A stretch of DNA of 52,791 nt, filler included, from Sphacelaria rigidula (lineage: Eukaryota), in the NCBI GenBank assembly GCA_964200075.2. It is 3 parts of 3 records of this genome, joined end to end, with 100 filler letters (N's around TTAATTAATTAA, not from the genome) between each part and the next. Parts side by side here need not be neighbours in the genome. Positions count along the whole stretch, not along the records: positions 35,265 to 52,791 come from CAXNAA020001056.1; 2 more parts are not named here. The stretch is one strand, 5' to 3'. A program made the translations under genes and the position numbers. The notes under the pieces were generated by a model that made no database searches, had not been told where the DNA came from, and saw only the letters and a list, made by a program, of their open reading frames with translations. Positions 38,886 through 50,300 of this stretch are shown one piece after another. How positions within the stretch are numbered: the stretch's first letter is position 1; each line of letters begins with the position of its first letter.

Positions 38886-38955
38886 CTGGTATGCACTCCA
38901 TGAGCTCCCTTCGTTGTAACTTTGGCTGAACTCGCAGTTCCTGTTGCCGTTGCAC
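38886..38955 (-). CDS. A1 aspartic protease exon (CNGNRNCEFSQSYNEGSSWSAYQ), flap region
   Basis: caacacag|G...CAG|gtact; 70 bp. Flap motif Y.EGS; joins the next exon in frame. Confidence 0.88.
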
Positions 38956-41040
38956 CTGTGTTGAGACCAAACGATACAACCACAAGGCGAGGGGAACAGC
39001 GGCAACACGTATGAAGGAGGTGGAAGGCAGGGGTCATGTTTGTTGTGTGAAATATGGACGTTCCAAGGGGTTTCCTTCCTCGTCTGAAACAGGGAAAACA
39101 ATGTCGTGTGTAAACATCGGTTACACGGTAGCGTGAGGGCAAAACACAATCATAACCACAACCACACTACCAGCACCAACACCAACAATAGCAACAACTG
39201 GCGGGTCACTCAACAGTTACGAAAAAAAAGCGGATCCGGGGATATGGCAACTCCCTCCACCTCAAAATCTGGGTTCTAGAAACTCTCACAGTTTCAATCG
39301 ATTCGAAAACAACACGCATCTCTCAGACGTTGCCACTCACACCGCAGTGTGCAAAGCGGAACTACTCGCGCCATCACCCATACCACAGCCGTACAGTACA
39401 GTAGTACAGTCAGTACAGTACTACACAGCACAGGCAGCCACGGCGAATACAGTTGCTGTACCTGCGTACACAGTTTATACATGCTAATCGAGGCCAAAAC
39501 ATTTAGGATTTTTTTTCAAGTTTGTAGGATCTTCCTGTTGGAAAATCGCACAAGCCAATGGTATGGGAATGATCTGCCCAGTCGGTCGGCGAAGAAGCAA
39601 ATGGGCCGCCCAGTCGGTCGGGAAAAGAAGCGCAGAAAGCTATCTGCACGCATAACACGCACATCTCGCTGCTGCATGGCATCGCCCGTGCGGTCTGTTC
39701 ACCATTCATCCTCACATCAAAACTGTAACAAAGCAACACAGAGACCCACCCTAGGGTGCCCGTCTGTATAGGTCGAGACAAAGCCGACCGAAAACGCACA
39801 GTGCAGTATCGCAGCATAATACTTTATAATACAGCACGGTGTTGTCTTCTCTTATCCCCCCGTTGCGTTCGTTCTGTTTGTCCATGGGTATCACCGAGGA
39901 TCAGATTATACCAAACCCTTCGACACCGTCACCCCTTCCTCCCTTTAGTTACACAATGAAGTCCATGGACTACCACGGTGGGCATTCATTTTTAAGTAAA
40001 TATGACTTCCATTGAACACAACCAACCCATCCTGAGGTGGCTCTCTTCTGTGTAAACAGACAAAGCCGAAGTGCACCGTACAGCACCGTACAACGCAGCA
40101 CAGTATAGCGCAGTACTGTAGAGTGTTATCTTCTCTGCGCCCCCCGCTGCATTACGGTGCTCCGTCTCGAAAGGGATGCGTGGTCAATGGTCACACGACT
40201 AAGGCAAGCAACAAATGAGTATGCCAACGCCGCCCCCCCCCCCCCCAACCCCCCACCCCCCCCCCCACCGCCNNNNNNNNNNCGTACGTCAGAGGATAGC
40301 ACTCTACAGGCCACCCCACCAGAGACAACTACAGTAGATTGTTCTCCCCCCCCCCCCCCCCGCTGCATTCCCCCCTTTTTCTGCGGGTATCGTCGAGTAT
40401 TGGATTACTACTTTGGAGAGCATCACCTCTTCCCGCCCGCGCTCACAGTGACGCTTGATCATCAGGATGGTGTCTTGGGTTCATTTTTCAAGTCAAAATA
40501 TCTGGAGATGGTTACCTTCTCCTACAAAAACCGGCTTGAAAGTTGAACTCTTTGACCTCCGATTGGGTCATCTGGGTTTTGGATTCATTTTTCAAGTGAA
40601 AACTATTCTGATACAACATTTGACCGACCCTGGGGTGAGTGACACTTGTCCGTGAAATCTCGACGTAGAAGCTCGAGCCGCAGCAGACGGAAGCTGTAGA
40701 GACGGTGAGACGAATATGGCTGTACCAATACAATCAACACAACAGGCGAAGAGAAGAGCATAATTCAGCCACCATGGTGTTGCCTGTTCCACTATACGGC
40801 ATGTTCTTCACCTTAGGTTCCTTGTGCGGCTGTGTATGTACACAAGCGGCGGCGCTTTTCTGAACTGAATATGTCAGAGTATGTCAGGGTGCATCATAAT
40901 TGCACATGCGTGCGCACAGAAACAGAGGTACTCCGTGACCGATTCAGACCTGCCCGGCGACGGTTCCCCCGAGCCTCTTCTGGCCGTGATTACTTTTCAC
41001 TTGCATTCATTAGGTAGGGACGGCGCGTTGCTGGGAACTC

Positions 41041-42648
41041 TCCACGGGAACCGTAGGTGAGGCCCGTACCCGGCGTACCCCCGGTATTTACCGGGGTATC
41101 ACCTTACGTGGTATGCGTGGGTATCGTGAGTATGAGTTTTGAAAATATCTGATGAGCGGGTACGGCAGGTATCGGAATATCGAAATACCGTGGCATCGTA
41201 GATATCATAGGTATGAGTTTTGAAAATACCCGATTGGGCAGGTACGGTAGGTACTGGTATTTCGACATACCGTGGGTATGACATTTGAAAATTCTAGATT
41301 GCGTCGATATTGGTAGGGTATGAGATGTCCCAAAAACCAATGCCGGGTACTTGCCTTACCCTCTATAACGACTTCAAAACTGCCATCCGGCAGAGCGGGG
41401 AAGCGTTTCAGGAATGACTCGGCACTTTTTTTTCGATTGAAAAACCGGGGCGGTGGAATTGAATCGAGCGAAATTCTCTCGTTTTCATGCAGTTGGATCC
41501 GAGCGAATTTTCAAGCTTTCGATCGAAGAAAGACAGTTGAATTCGTAAAACGGTACATGGTCACTCGTGTACAGTACAGGCAGTCTGTACTGCTTGCCCC
41601 GCTTGCAAGCAGTGCGTTGAGTGCGTGTTTCGTACAGTATACTTTTCAGGAGAAGAGGCGACGTGCAGTGCAGACAGCCGAGGACTATCAGTTCTTTATA
41701 CTTACAATGCGACGTGAAAAAGACTTCAACAGCATGCAGCTTTGTACTGCCTGCACTGTCCATGAGCCTGTACGCAGTTCCGTCGCTGATCCTACTATGG
41801 AAGAATATGCGCAAGTTTTCGCCAACAAAAAATTAACAAAGCATACCCAACTACTGCAGTGTATATATGTATCCCTGTGCTCAACTCGTACTCGATGCTG
41901 CGGGGTTGCGATGGTAGCTGAGCATGAGTTGGATGGAGTTTGCATGGTCCTGTGAACGGGTGTCATCTGACATGGTGGTCTGTGAGATCAAGCAGGAGGA
42001 GTCAAGTGCCGCTTCGTCCATGTCGACCGCATGCTTTCGATCGAAAAAGCGCAGCACTGTTTTTTTGTAGTTCTTCTCTGGGTGCCACTTTTTATAAGTT
42101 GGAGTTAAAGCCTTCTAAAAACAGAAATGCGGTGGACCCATCAGATCAAGAAAAAAATAAACTGCACTTCAGACTACATAATGAGATCATGAGTTATTTC
42201 GAATTGATGCAAACACGAAAATCCGGGGGAATCTGGGTATATCTTAATTGTGAAAACCAGACGTACCTGCTCCGATAACTTCTGGCCTTTGAGTAAGTCG
42301 AGACCAGCTGCTACACCGTGAAGAGTGCATCGCGTCCGGTATTTACCGGGGTATCCCATACCGTGGTGTGCGTGGGTATCGTAGGTAGGAGTTTTCAAAA
42401 TACTCGATTGAGGCGGTACGGTAGGTATTGAAATATCGAAATACCGTGATATCCTAGGTATCGTAGATAAGACATTTGAACATACCCGATCGAGCGGGTA
42501 CGGTAGGTATTGACATCTCGAAACACCGTGGTATCGTGGGAATTGTGGGTATGTCATTTGAAAATACCCGATTGGACCGGTATCGGTAGAGTATGAGATG
42601 TCCCGATTACCAGTACCGGGTACCTACCTTACCTACGGTGCCTGTGGA
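41041..42648 (+). mobile_element. Relic TIR DNA transposon, possibly hAT, with ~300-bp GGTAT-rich terminal blocks
   Basis: Imperfect 33-bp TIR: tccacgggaaccgtaggtgaggcccgtacccgg vs the reverse complement tccacaggcaccgtaggtaaggtaggtacccgg. Blocks 41080-41360 and 42337-42635 are direct repeats. The interior encodes YQFF...CTAC...KKLTKH (BED-finger-like). Confidence 0.55.
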
Positions 42649-43882
42649 ACACTCCACCGAGAGGTAGATTTTGCCCGGGCGATTCTCTACGGTCACGTGC
42701 GCGATTCCAGCGCCGAATAGTGCGTTGGGTGCTCCAACCCTGATGCATCATACTGTAGTGGTCATTTCAGGGCATGTCCCGGGGTCAGATTAGCAAGCCG
42801 GATATACATATCTATCTATACATATATATATATATATATCAGATTTAGAGTGTGCGCCTTCAAAGTACTAGGACAAGGGCACTGCTATAGGATGGGTATG
42901 GATGGTCAGCAACAGGATGTAAGGTGTGAGCAGGAAGGGTGTTGCCTGCGCGCGCGACTAAGCCGTCATGAGATTGGATTGTGAAAGCAGGTCTTTTGGG
43001 GCGGAGCATCCCAGGACGAAAAAGGAAGAGGGGAATTGTTGTCTGTGGTCGTTGTGATTTCCTCGAGCAGCCCTTTCACTTGTTTTGTCCCGATTATTAT
43101 GTTCAACAGTAAAGTATGAGCATAGTGTACAGCACGAGTGGATGCTACTCGTATAGTAGATCGCTTTAAGTCAAGACAGCAGTGCGAGTGTACAGTGCAG
43201 TCAGCAGTACGGCTTCGTGGATCGCTCTCCACGACCGTTGCGGCACAGCCGCCGAAGCCTAGATGATGTTGCTACGCGATGTCCTCTGACGGCAGCCAAC
43301 TGCACCAGAGTGTAGAACAGTTTATCGCACCAGTATTACGTTGTGTGATATGTTCACTCCTGGGCCGTCTCCCAAGTTTCATCTTGTCCTACGTCTACAG
43401 CTGTACGCCGCACCGACACTTTCCCCTGCTGCGCTACGAAGATGCTGATTTGTGTTGTTTCAGTTTGAGGTATCCATGACGAACGCGAGTTCTCGGGAAA
43501 ACGGTGGTATTTTCACCTGTCCACATGACGTAAATTCTGCCACATAATCATTGTCCACCCCAAATTTTGGGCTTGGGTTTCAGCAAACTCTTGCCCTACG
43601 CCGCCCCCACAACTGACGGCTCACGTCTTATACCAAGATCCCTGGTCAACCTTCGAAGCTGTCTCTAGCCGCGCCTTGAAAAGAAAAAAAGGAAACCTTG
43701 GGAATGGCAATATGTTGATGGGAGAACAGTGTTTCCTTGTTTCACGGACGTATTCGAACCGGTTGAGAACGGATACAGTTAGTGCATAGTAGCCTGCAGT
43801 ATACGGGACAACGGGACTAGTAGACAGCCTCTGCCGGGATTATACCGCGGTCAACTATGAGAAAGACGTTGGGTTGTCCCAC

Positions 43883-44555
43883 ACAAAGGACAATGATGGG
43901 TTTGGGGCAGTTCGAGGTGTCATCTGCTCAGTCTGCATGAGGGTCACCATTGAACAAATAGGGGTATGTACGGTAACATATTCGGGCACTACATAACTCA
44001 AGGGTTATTGACAAAATGAGGTGCTCTGATGAGCTCATTTTTCACACACCATAGTTGACCCTGGTCCTATTTACAGAAAATTGGGCATGCAATTCGCACA
44101 TAGACCTTTGAGCCCTGAGTGCACTCGGTAAGGGGATGAAAAAATACCTTTTCCAGGGTGTCTACACTCCCGTCAATAAAACGGAATGCGCCATTACTGG
44201 GGGTATAGTGTAACCGGCGTCCAGAATAGATGTGCTGTCCTATACAAAGAACATTGATGGGTTTGGCGCAGTTCGAAGTGTCATATGTGCAGTTTGTATG
44301 AGGGCCACCATTGAACAAATAAGGGTATGAACAGTGACATATTCGGGCACTACATAACTTGTTGGCCGGTAAGAGGGTGCAGCCTCAAGGATAATTGACA
44401 AAATGAGGTGCTCTGATGAGCTCAATTTTTCCACGCCATAGTTGACCCTGGTATCAATAAGAAAAATTGGGAACACCATTCGTACATAGACCTTTGAGCC
44501 CAGAGCGCACTCAGTAAGAGGACGAAAGATGACCTTTGTATTCTTTTGTCCAGGG
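43883..44555 (-). repeat. Tandem duplication of a ~270-bp unit (43883-44158 and 44244-44555)
   Basis: Shared blocks such as caccattgaacaaata, catattcgggcactacataact, attgacaaaatgaggtgctctgatgagctca and catagacctttgagccc. Confidence 0.92.
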
Positions 44556-46339
44556 AATGCGTTGAATTTGTCCCGGGAAGGAGAATTGAGTAAGGAAGGG
44601 GGCATCACGCAGTAGGACGTCCTAATGATGAATCCCGCGTGTTCAGGGTCATCACAAATCATGTGCACATGCCTATGAAACTGGCAAAAAATCGTCGATA
44701 GCCCCCCACTGTGTGTCGGGAGGGAATAGAGTTTTAGTAATGCAACGACAATGAACAGTGTTGACGTGCTCTCCTCCAGTGGAGTAGATCCGGATTTTTT
44801 CTATAGTGTCGGCAAGATGGAGAATTGCCGTGGCTATCGCAAAGTTGAAGAGCTGTGGGCTACTTGAAAACACGTTCAAGCTGGGTACATATTCGAGTGC
44901 AATATAGCGTATCAATCATGCCCGTTTCAGCCAAGAGCCAAACGGAAACATGGCACCGAATTGACACTGATAAATCGGAAACAAATTCTCACGCACACGA
45001 GCGGGCCCAACCCGGCGACACCCGCTACTCTGGGGTAGCATTTCGGGACGCTGTGGTATGCGCAGAGCCAGCGACGAGTAATCACTGTGGACGCGAGTCT
45101 GGTAAGGCGGTGGCATGATTCGTCCAAGCGCAGCATGTGGCCCATCCGAACGTTAGGGGCAGCTACTACGACTACGGTAAAATAATTTCGCTACTGTACA
45201 TGGTTAGGTGTGAATTTCGGGAGTTGAGAAATGTGGCTCAATGTATAGGGGACTGAGTGGAGAAGTGCATTCTTCATACCACACCCGTCACGATTGGGCT
45301 TCAGGCCAACACTGAATTTGAAAAGAAAAAAATACTTGGTGATCAATCCACCCGAACACTTCTAAAAGCTGTCATGTCGGTAGTTGTAGACTCTGGCACT
45401 CTAGCGCCCTCGTTACCCAGGTTTGATACACGAATGTATCGGGAAACGTGTAGTAGGCGTGCTTACCGCTTGTTGATGAATCGCGGGTCTGCTGGAATGA
45501 TCGGTAGAATCTTATCTGGATTGTCACACTTCAAGTGCCTCCTCAAAGATCCGGTTGGGGTTCACATGCTCCCCATGGATCTAGTCGTGCTCACATGATA
45601 AACGTACCCGAGACAAAACGAAATTGAAACACCCGCTGAAGAAAAAATAAGGAACTAAAATGGTCCAACAGAACAGCAGAGTAGACTGAAAAAAAAATCA
45701 GCGAGTGCTTCATCTCGATGGTATGGGGTTGTTCTTCACTCTCCAGAGGAGGGGCCGGGATATTGCTTTCCGGTATAATGAATAGTTGGGCTCAATATAT
45801 GAATCACTTCAGCTGCTGATATCCACGTCCCCATGATGGGATAATCCTACTTAGCCGTCTGGTCTTGAATGGCGGAACTCTATAATGATTGTGCATTTGA
45901 TCCACTGTTGGACGGCTGACACATCCAACCACAGGAAAGTCTGCAGACCTGATCATCTTGCAGTAAGCAAGACCAGCCCAACGCGTGTCGACGTCGAGAG
46001 GGACTGGCAAGAGCAAAGCAAAGGAGGTTCTGAGGCAGTGCTAGGGCGGGTTGTGATATCACTTGTACGCAAGGCGCGCGCAGGGGGGCGGGGGAGGGGG
46101 TGATGAACAACTGCTTGGCCCGATAGCCTACCATAAACGCGGCGCAATTACTGCGTGCGTGGGTCAGGATCGCGCGAGGGCTGTTTCAAGGCTGACCAGT
46201 CGCTAAGAATAAGAGGCTGAGGACTTCAAAACGTCGTGAGGACTACGTGAGGAAGAGGCGCCGTGGTCGTCGTTGTATGGTGGCAATGCGATTTTAGGTG
46301 TACGGTGAATAGATGTTTCTGTGATTGAGAAGCAGCAAC

Positions 46340-48175
46340 GGCCTTCTAAAAATGTTGTGGAGGTACTGAATTATGCTTGTTCATAATGTATGCATGTCGT
46401 GGTGGCTCGGAGCTTTTTGAAAGCTTAATTTTAGCGGCAAAGCTTGTTCGACTCTTCACAGTGACGAGGTGCCGCAATATGTCGCCATCGATGGTCGTGT
46501 TGTCCGTGTGCGGCAGCAATATGTCGCCTTCGACGATCGTGTCGCCCGTGTGTGGGTGCTGGATGGGCCACACTACGACCGCATATTTTCTAGTGAAAAA
46601 ATCATCGAGTTCTCAAGACGGTATGAGGATCATGTCCGTGAAGTTCACAAGGTGAACGCGTGTGGGGCAGACTGGGACGTTTTCTCAAGGTGGTTCCTCA
46701 CCTAAAGCTCGTACATGTCGAGAGATACCTGTGTGCGACCTTCCTGAATCATGCTCGTGATGTTGGGCACGAGCAATTGCTGTTCGCGTTGCGCTAGCAC
46801 GCGTCTTCGGGTGTGGGGCATGACGCTGAGACTGCATATAGTTGTGGCCGGGATGTTGGTCGTCCCGGAACCGCACGCCGCGGCCGCGTCTGACAAACGA
46901 CGCGGGGTTGCTCAAGGAGGCAAGAAGGTCGCGCAGCACTTGCCAGTACAAGGGGACACGCACGAGAGCGCAGGAGACAACACAACTGCTGCTGCTGCCG
47001 CAGTTGTTCGAAGGGCGGAGCCTATTTTGGCCGATTAACACGCGCTGAGAGGCGGAGGTCTCGATTGCTTGGTACAAACGGACCAGCGTGTAGCTGAGGA
47101 CATTCATCGTATGCTCGAAGCTGGAGAGGGTGCTTTCAGCGTGATGCAAGCGAGCAGAGCAATCTCCGGGCTTGCGATACTAATGGCAAATTTATCTGCT
47201 GCAGTAATTCGGCGGGAGATCATTCAGATGATTCGCAGGGGTGTCTGCTTGAAGGAGAAGTGGATGACAGGTTGGCGAATGTGGATTCGCTGGCACGTGT
47301 TTCGGCCGACGACCAGCGTGTAGCTGGGGACTCCACGTTCGTGCTTGAAGAAGCAGGAGAATGTCACCAGCGTGGAGCGGGTAGGCAAAGGGAACTTCGG
47401 ACTTGTGGTGCTATTAGCGATTACAAAATTACGGCAATGTCAACCGTTCATGGTGATTGTCGTACGCGTCGCTGTTTGCATGAACAGCATTAGTGCGTTT
47501 GGTGGCTATGACGAAGGTGCCTCCACTGTTACGCCGAGGGAGGTCTGAGGAGGACGGTGTAAAGACATCAGAAGATATCGCTGTGCGGAAGTGTGTGGCT
47601 GTTCCCGTTTTGCCTCTCGTTGCCTCGGTAAAGCTGACTGAGGAACAGGTGTTCAATACTGCGCAAGTATTCGTGGGGGCAGTAGGTGGTTCGTCGCTTT
47701 AGTCTGGCGGTGCGAGTTGTAGCTGTACTTGTGGTGCGAGGAGCGAGTGTTCGAGTGGAAACGATGCTTCAAAGTGTGTACGAGGTTGCGGTTCGAGTGC
47801 TGCTATTTTTGAGGAGCGGATTGGGAAGTACACGGAAGGCGTTTCCGGAGGTATTTGCTGTTGTGGTGGGCGCAGTGTTGGGTGACGTCGTTGAGGAGCA
47901 AGTGCTGGTGTGACTGAGCGCTTGTCAAGAGTGAGGGACAACATTGTCATCGGTACACAGTACTGGGCGCCTGAACTATTTTTTGTTCAACAGGGTTTTT
48001 TTCTCGCGACTACTCTTCGATAGAACTCGAAAGTGCTAGCGTCCGTTGATTTTGGTAAAATGAACAGATTGTCTCCCCCCTCAGTGCCCAAGTTAGTGTT
48101 TTTTGGTTTTATCGGGCGATACGAGTAGATACCTCGTTCATCAGGAGGGTGCCATAGACCTGTACATTCTATCAC
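46340..48175 (-). pseudogene. Decayed orphan coding region
   Basis: ORFs 48175-47987, 47950-47699 and 47656-47429 share one frame separated by single stops. They are followed by 47149-46685 and 46573-46346. Internal SYTLV repeat. Confidence 0.4.
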
Positions 48176-49137
48176 AAATACGATCGAGACAGGCTCGTTT
48201 GACCGAAAATATCGAAGAGTCAGAATCTCGGCTGAAGCGTGTCAGGACCCGCTGATGACCGGTCGGCCCGTAAGTCACTCATTATTGAGTACAGATTAGT
48301 TTTTTTTCTTGGGGCGGATACAAGTATCTTCAGATCCCCAATGTGATGAGCGGCGGCAAGCGAAAGAGCCTAAGAAAATCGCAAATTACGAATAAATTAC
48401 AAAATGAATAGTTCAGGCGCCCCGTACTGGATGTTTTTCATTTGTGAGAACTATTGTAGCTTGTTATCATGTGCTTCGTGGTTATGCTTGCGCATAAAGC
48501 TTGGCGATCAATCGAGCGTGATCGTATTGCGTGTGCTAGGCAAGATAGTGGCGCACAAGTCGATGTTTGGGATCTGTGTTGTGCTGCTCCAGTTTGCGCG
48601 CATGATACATGGTACTTCCTGCAGCAAAGGTCGCATTGCATGTATCCGATGAAGTGCTAGTATGCACATGTGAACTTTTCGCTACAAATAAGTTGCGTGT
48701 TACCGTCACGAGCTTTGCGCGTGGTGACCATTAAGAGACGCGCTTTCGCTGCTGTTAGAGAGCGTACTTTCTCACGGTTGAAGTGAAGAAACGGTACCCG
48801 CATGCGTCGGTGATCGTTGATCATGGAACGTCTTTTGATGGAATACCACGTGTTTGGGCGAGCACATGAATGGTGTTGTCGCCGTTGACTGGGAGGATCG
48901 TGTGGGTGGTGTGTTCATCGGTCTGACGGGAGCGGTGCAGGTGAGCTGCAAGTCTGTCGAGACATAAACCGTTCTTTAAATCGCGGTTCACGGCCCTGCA
49001 CCCAAGTGGGATGCTATATCCGAGTTTTATCTAGGGTGTGCTTGCTTAATCGAGTTCGAAACTGAGAACACTGCAAATAATTAATGATGGAGGAGGTCGG
49101 GGTTCTTCTGCCATTATTGGATTGGTAGGCTTGAGTA

Positions 49138-49278
49138 TTTCACACCCTGGACAAAGACTACACAGTCAAGAAGTGTACTGCGTGCTGTATCTACTATTGC
49201 GCCTACTGAAACAGAAATAGATTCTATACTGGACGCAGTACATTTCTTACAAAATAATCTTTTGTCCAGGGTGTGGAG
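49138..49278. mobile_element. 141-bp Stowaway-like MITE
   Basis: tttcacaccctggacaaa pairs with tttgtccagggtgtggag; flanked by TA on both sides. Confidence 0.7.
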
Positions 49279-49349
49279 TATGGGACCCTGTTTATGATAA
49301 TCCTTCTACGGGCTGGTTCAGGCATATCACCCGAAAAACACTCATCGGC

Positions 49350-50300
49350 AGAACCTCACGCCGTTTGAAGGAGTTAGACCCTGAAATTTAGCACAGATGT
49401 TCTATGGGACATTAAGCAACTTTCGAAGGTCAAGGTTTTTCGACTCTTGGACTTTTTCATCTTTTTTCGGGGGTCCCTGTTTTTTCCGGGAAATATCGAT
49501 CCAATCGGACCCCCGTAAAACGGTAAAGAAAAAAACCAAGAAAAAACGCGTTCATACAAAGGTTGCGTAATGACCCATGGCACAGCTGTGCGTAATTTCA
49601 GGGTCTAACCCCTTAAAACGGCGTGAGGTTCTTCGCTTGTGTGCGATGAACGTTGACGTGCCGCGGTGAAATCGCAAACTACTTGATTTTTGTACGAAAA
49701 CGGTTTTTTTGGGCCTTCTTTGACGTGAACATGAAAATTCAAGCATCAGTTGATCGAGTTTTTTGAAACAAACGTTTGTGGGACCCTTCCTTCGGTTGTG
49801 TGAGGACAGCTCGCTAACGAAAAACTGAAAAAAATAACGTCGTGCCGGTTTTCATGGGTCCCAGAATGGAGCCTACTTCGAAAAACGACTTGGACCCCCG
49901 TCGGACCCCCGAAAGACGGTGAAAAAATATCATCCAAAGAATTTTTGTGACGATACATGACATATTTTTCGAAGTTTCAGGATCTAACTCCCAAGAACGG
50001 CGTGAAAGTTTGCGCGTTTGTGGAGGATGTGGTCTTGGAGCGTGCGACTCCTAACTGCTTGGTTTTAGTATGGAAAAGTCTTTTGAGGTGAACTGTACGT
50101 CAGGGCAAGAAAAACTGTACGAGGTTTTCGATTTTCTGCACCAAACCTTGTACATGTGTTCCTTGGACTATCCCGGGACGCACCATTTCATCATTTTTCT
50201 CTGAGAGTATTCCGTACCGCCTTCCGGGAGTCGTCAGACTGGGACCCTCAGAAGCCGGTAGAGAACGGAGAAACCATGTAATATTGTCAAGAACACATTT
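49350..50300. repeat. Complex repeat: ~73-bp inverted pair plus ~350-400-bp diverged direct units
   Basis: 49350-49422 is inverted relative to 49559-49632, with a third partial copy at ~49975-50020. ggaccc.c..aa..cggt recurs at ~49507, ~49903 and ~50242. Confidence 0.7.

Noticed and set aside
45375..45425. VVVDSGTLAPSLP as the missing second catalytic motif of the protease
   Set aside because: Wrong strand and wrong side of the gene, no clear splice sites, and the flanking residues are not protease-like. Probably chance.
44020..48375. Hammerhead ribozyme cores (CTGATGA at ~44026, ~44414 and ~48252; GTGATGA..CGAAA at ~48343)
   Set aside because: None has a complete CUGANGA/GAAA core with three supporting stems.
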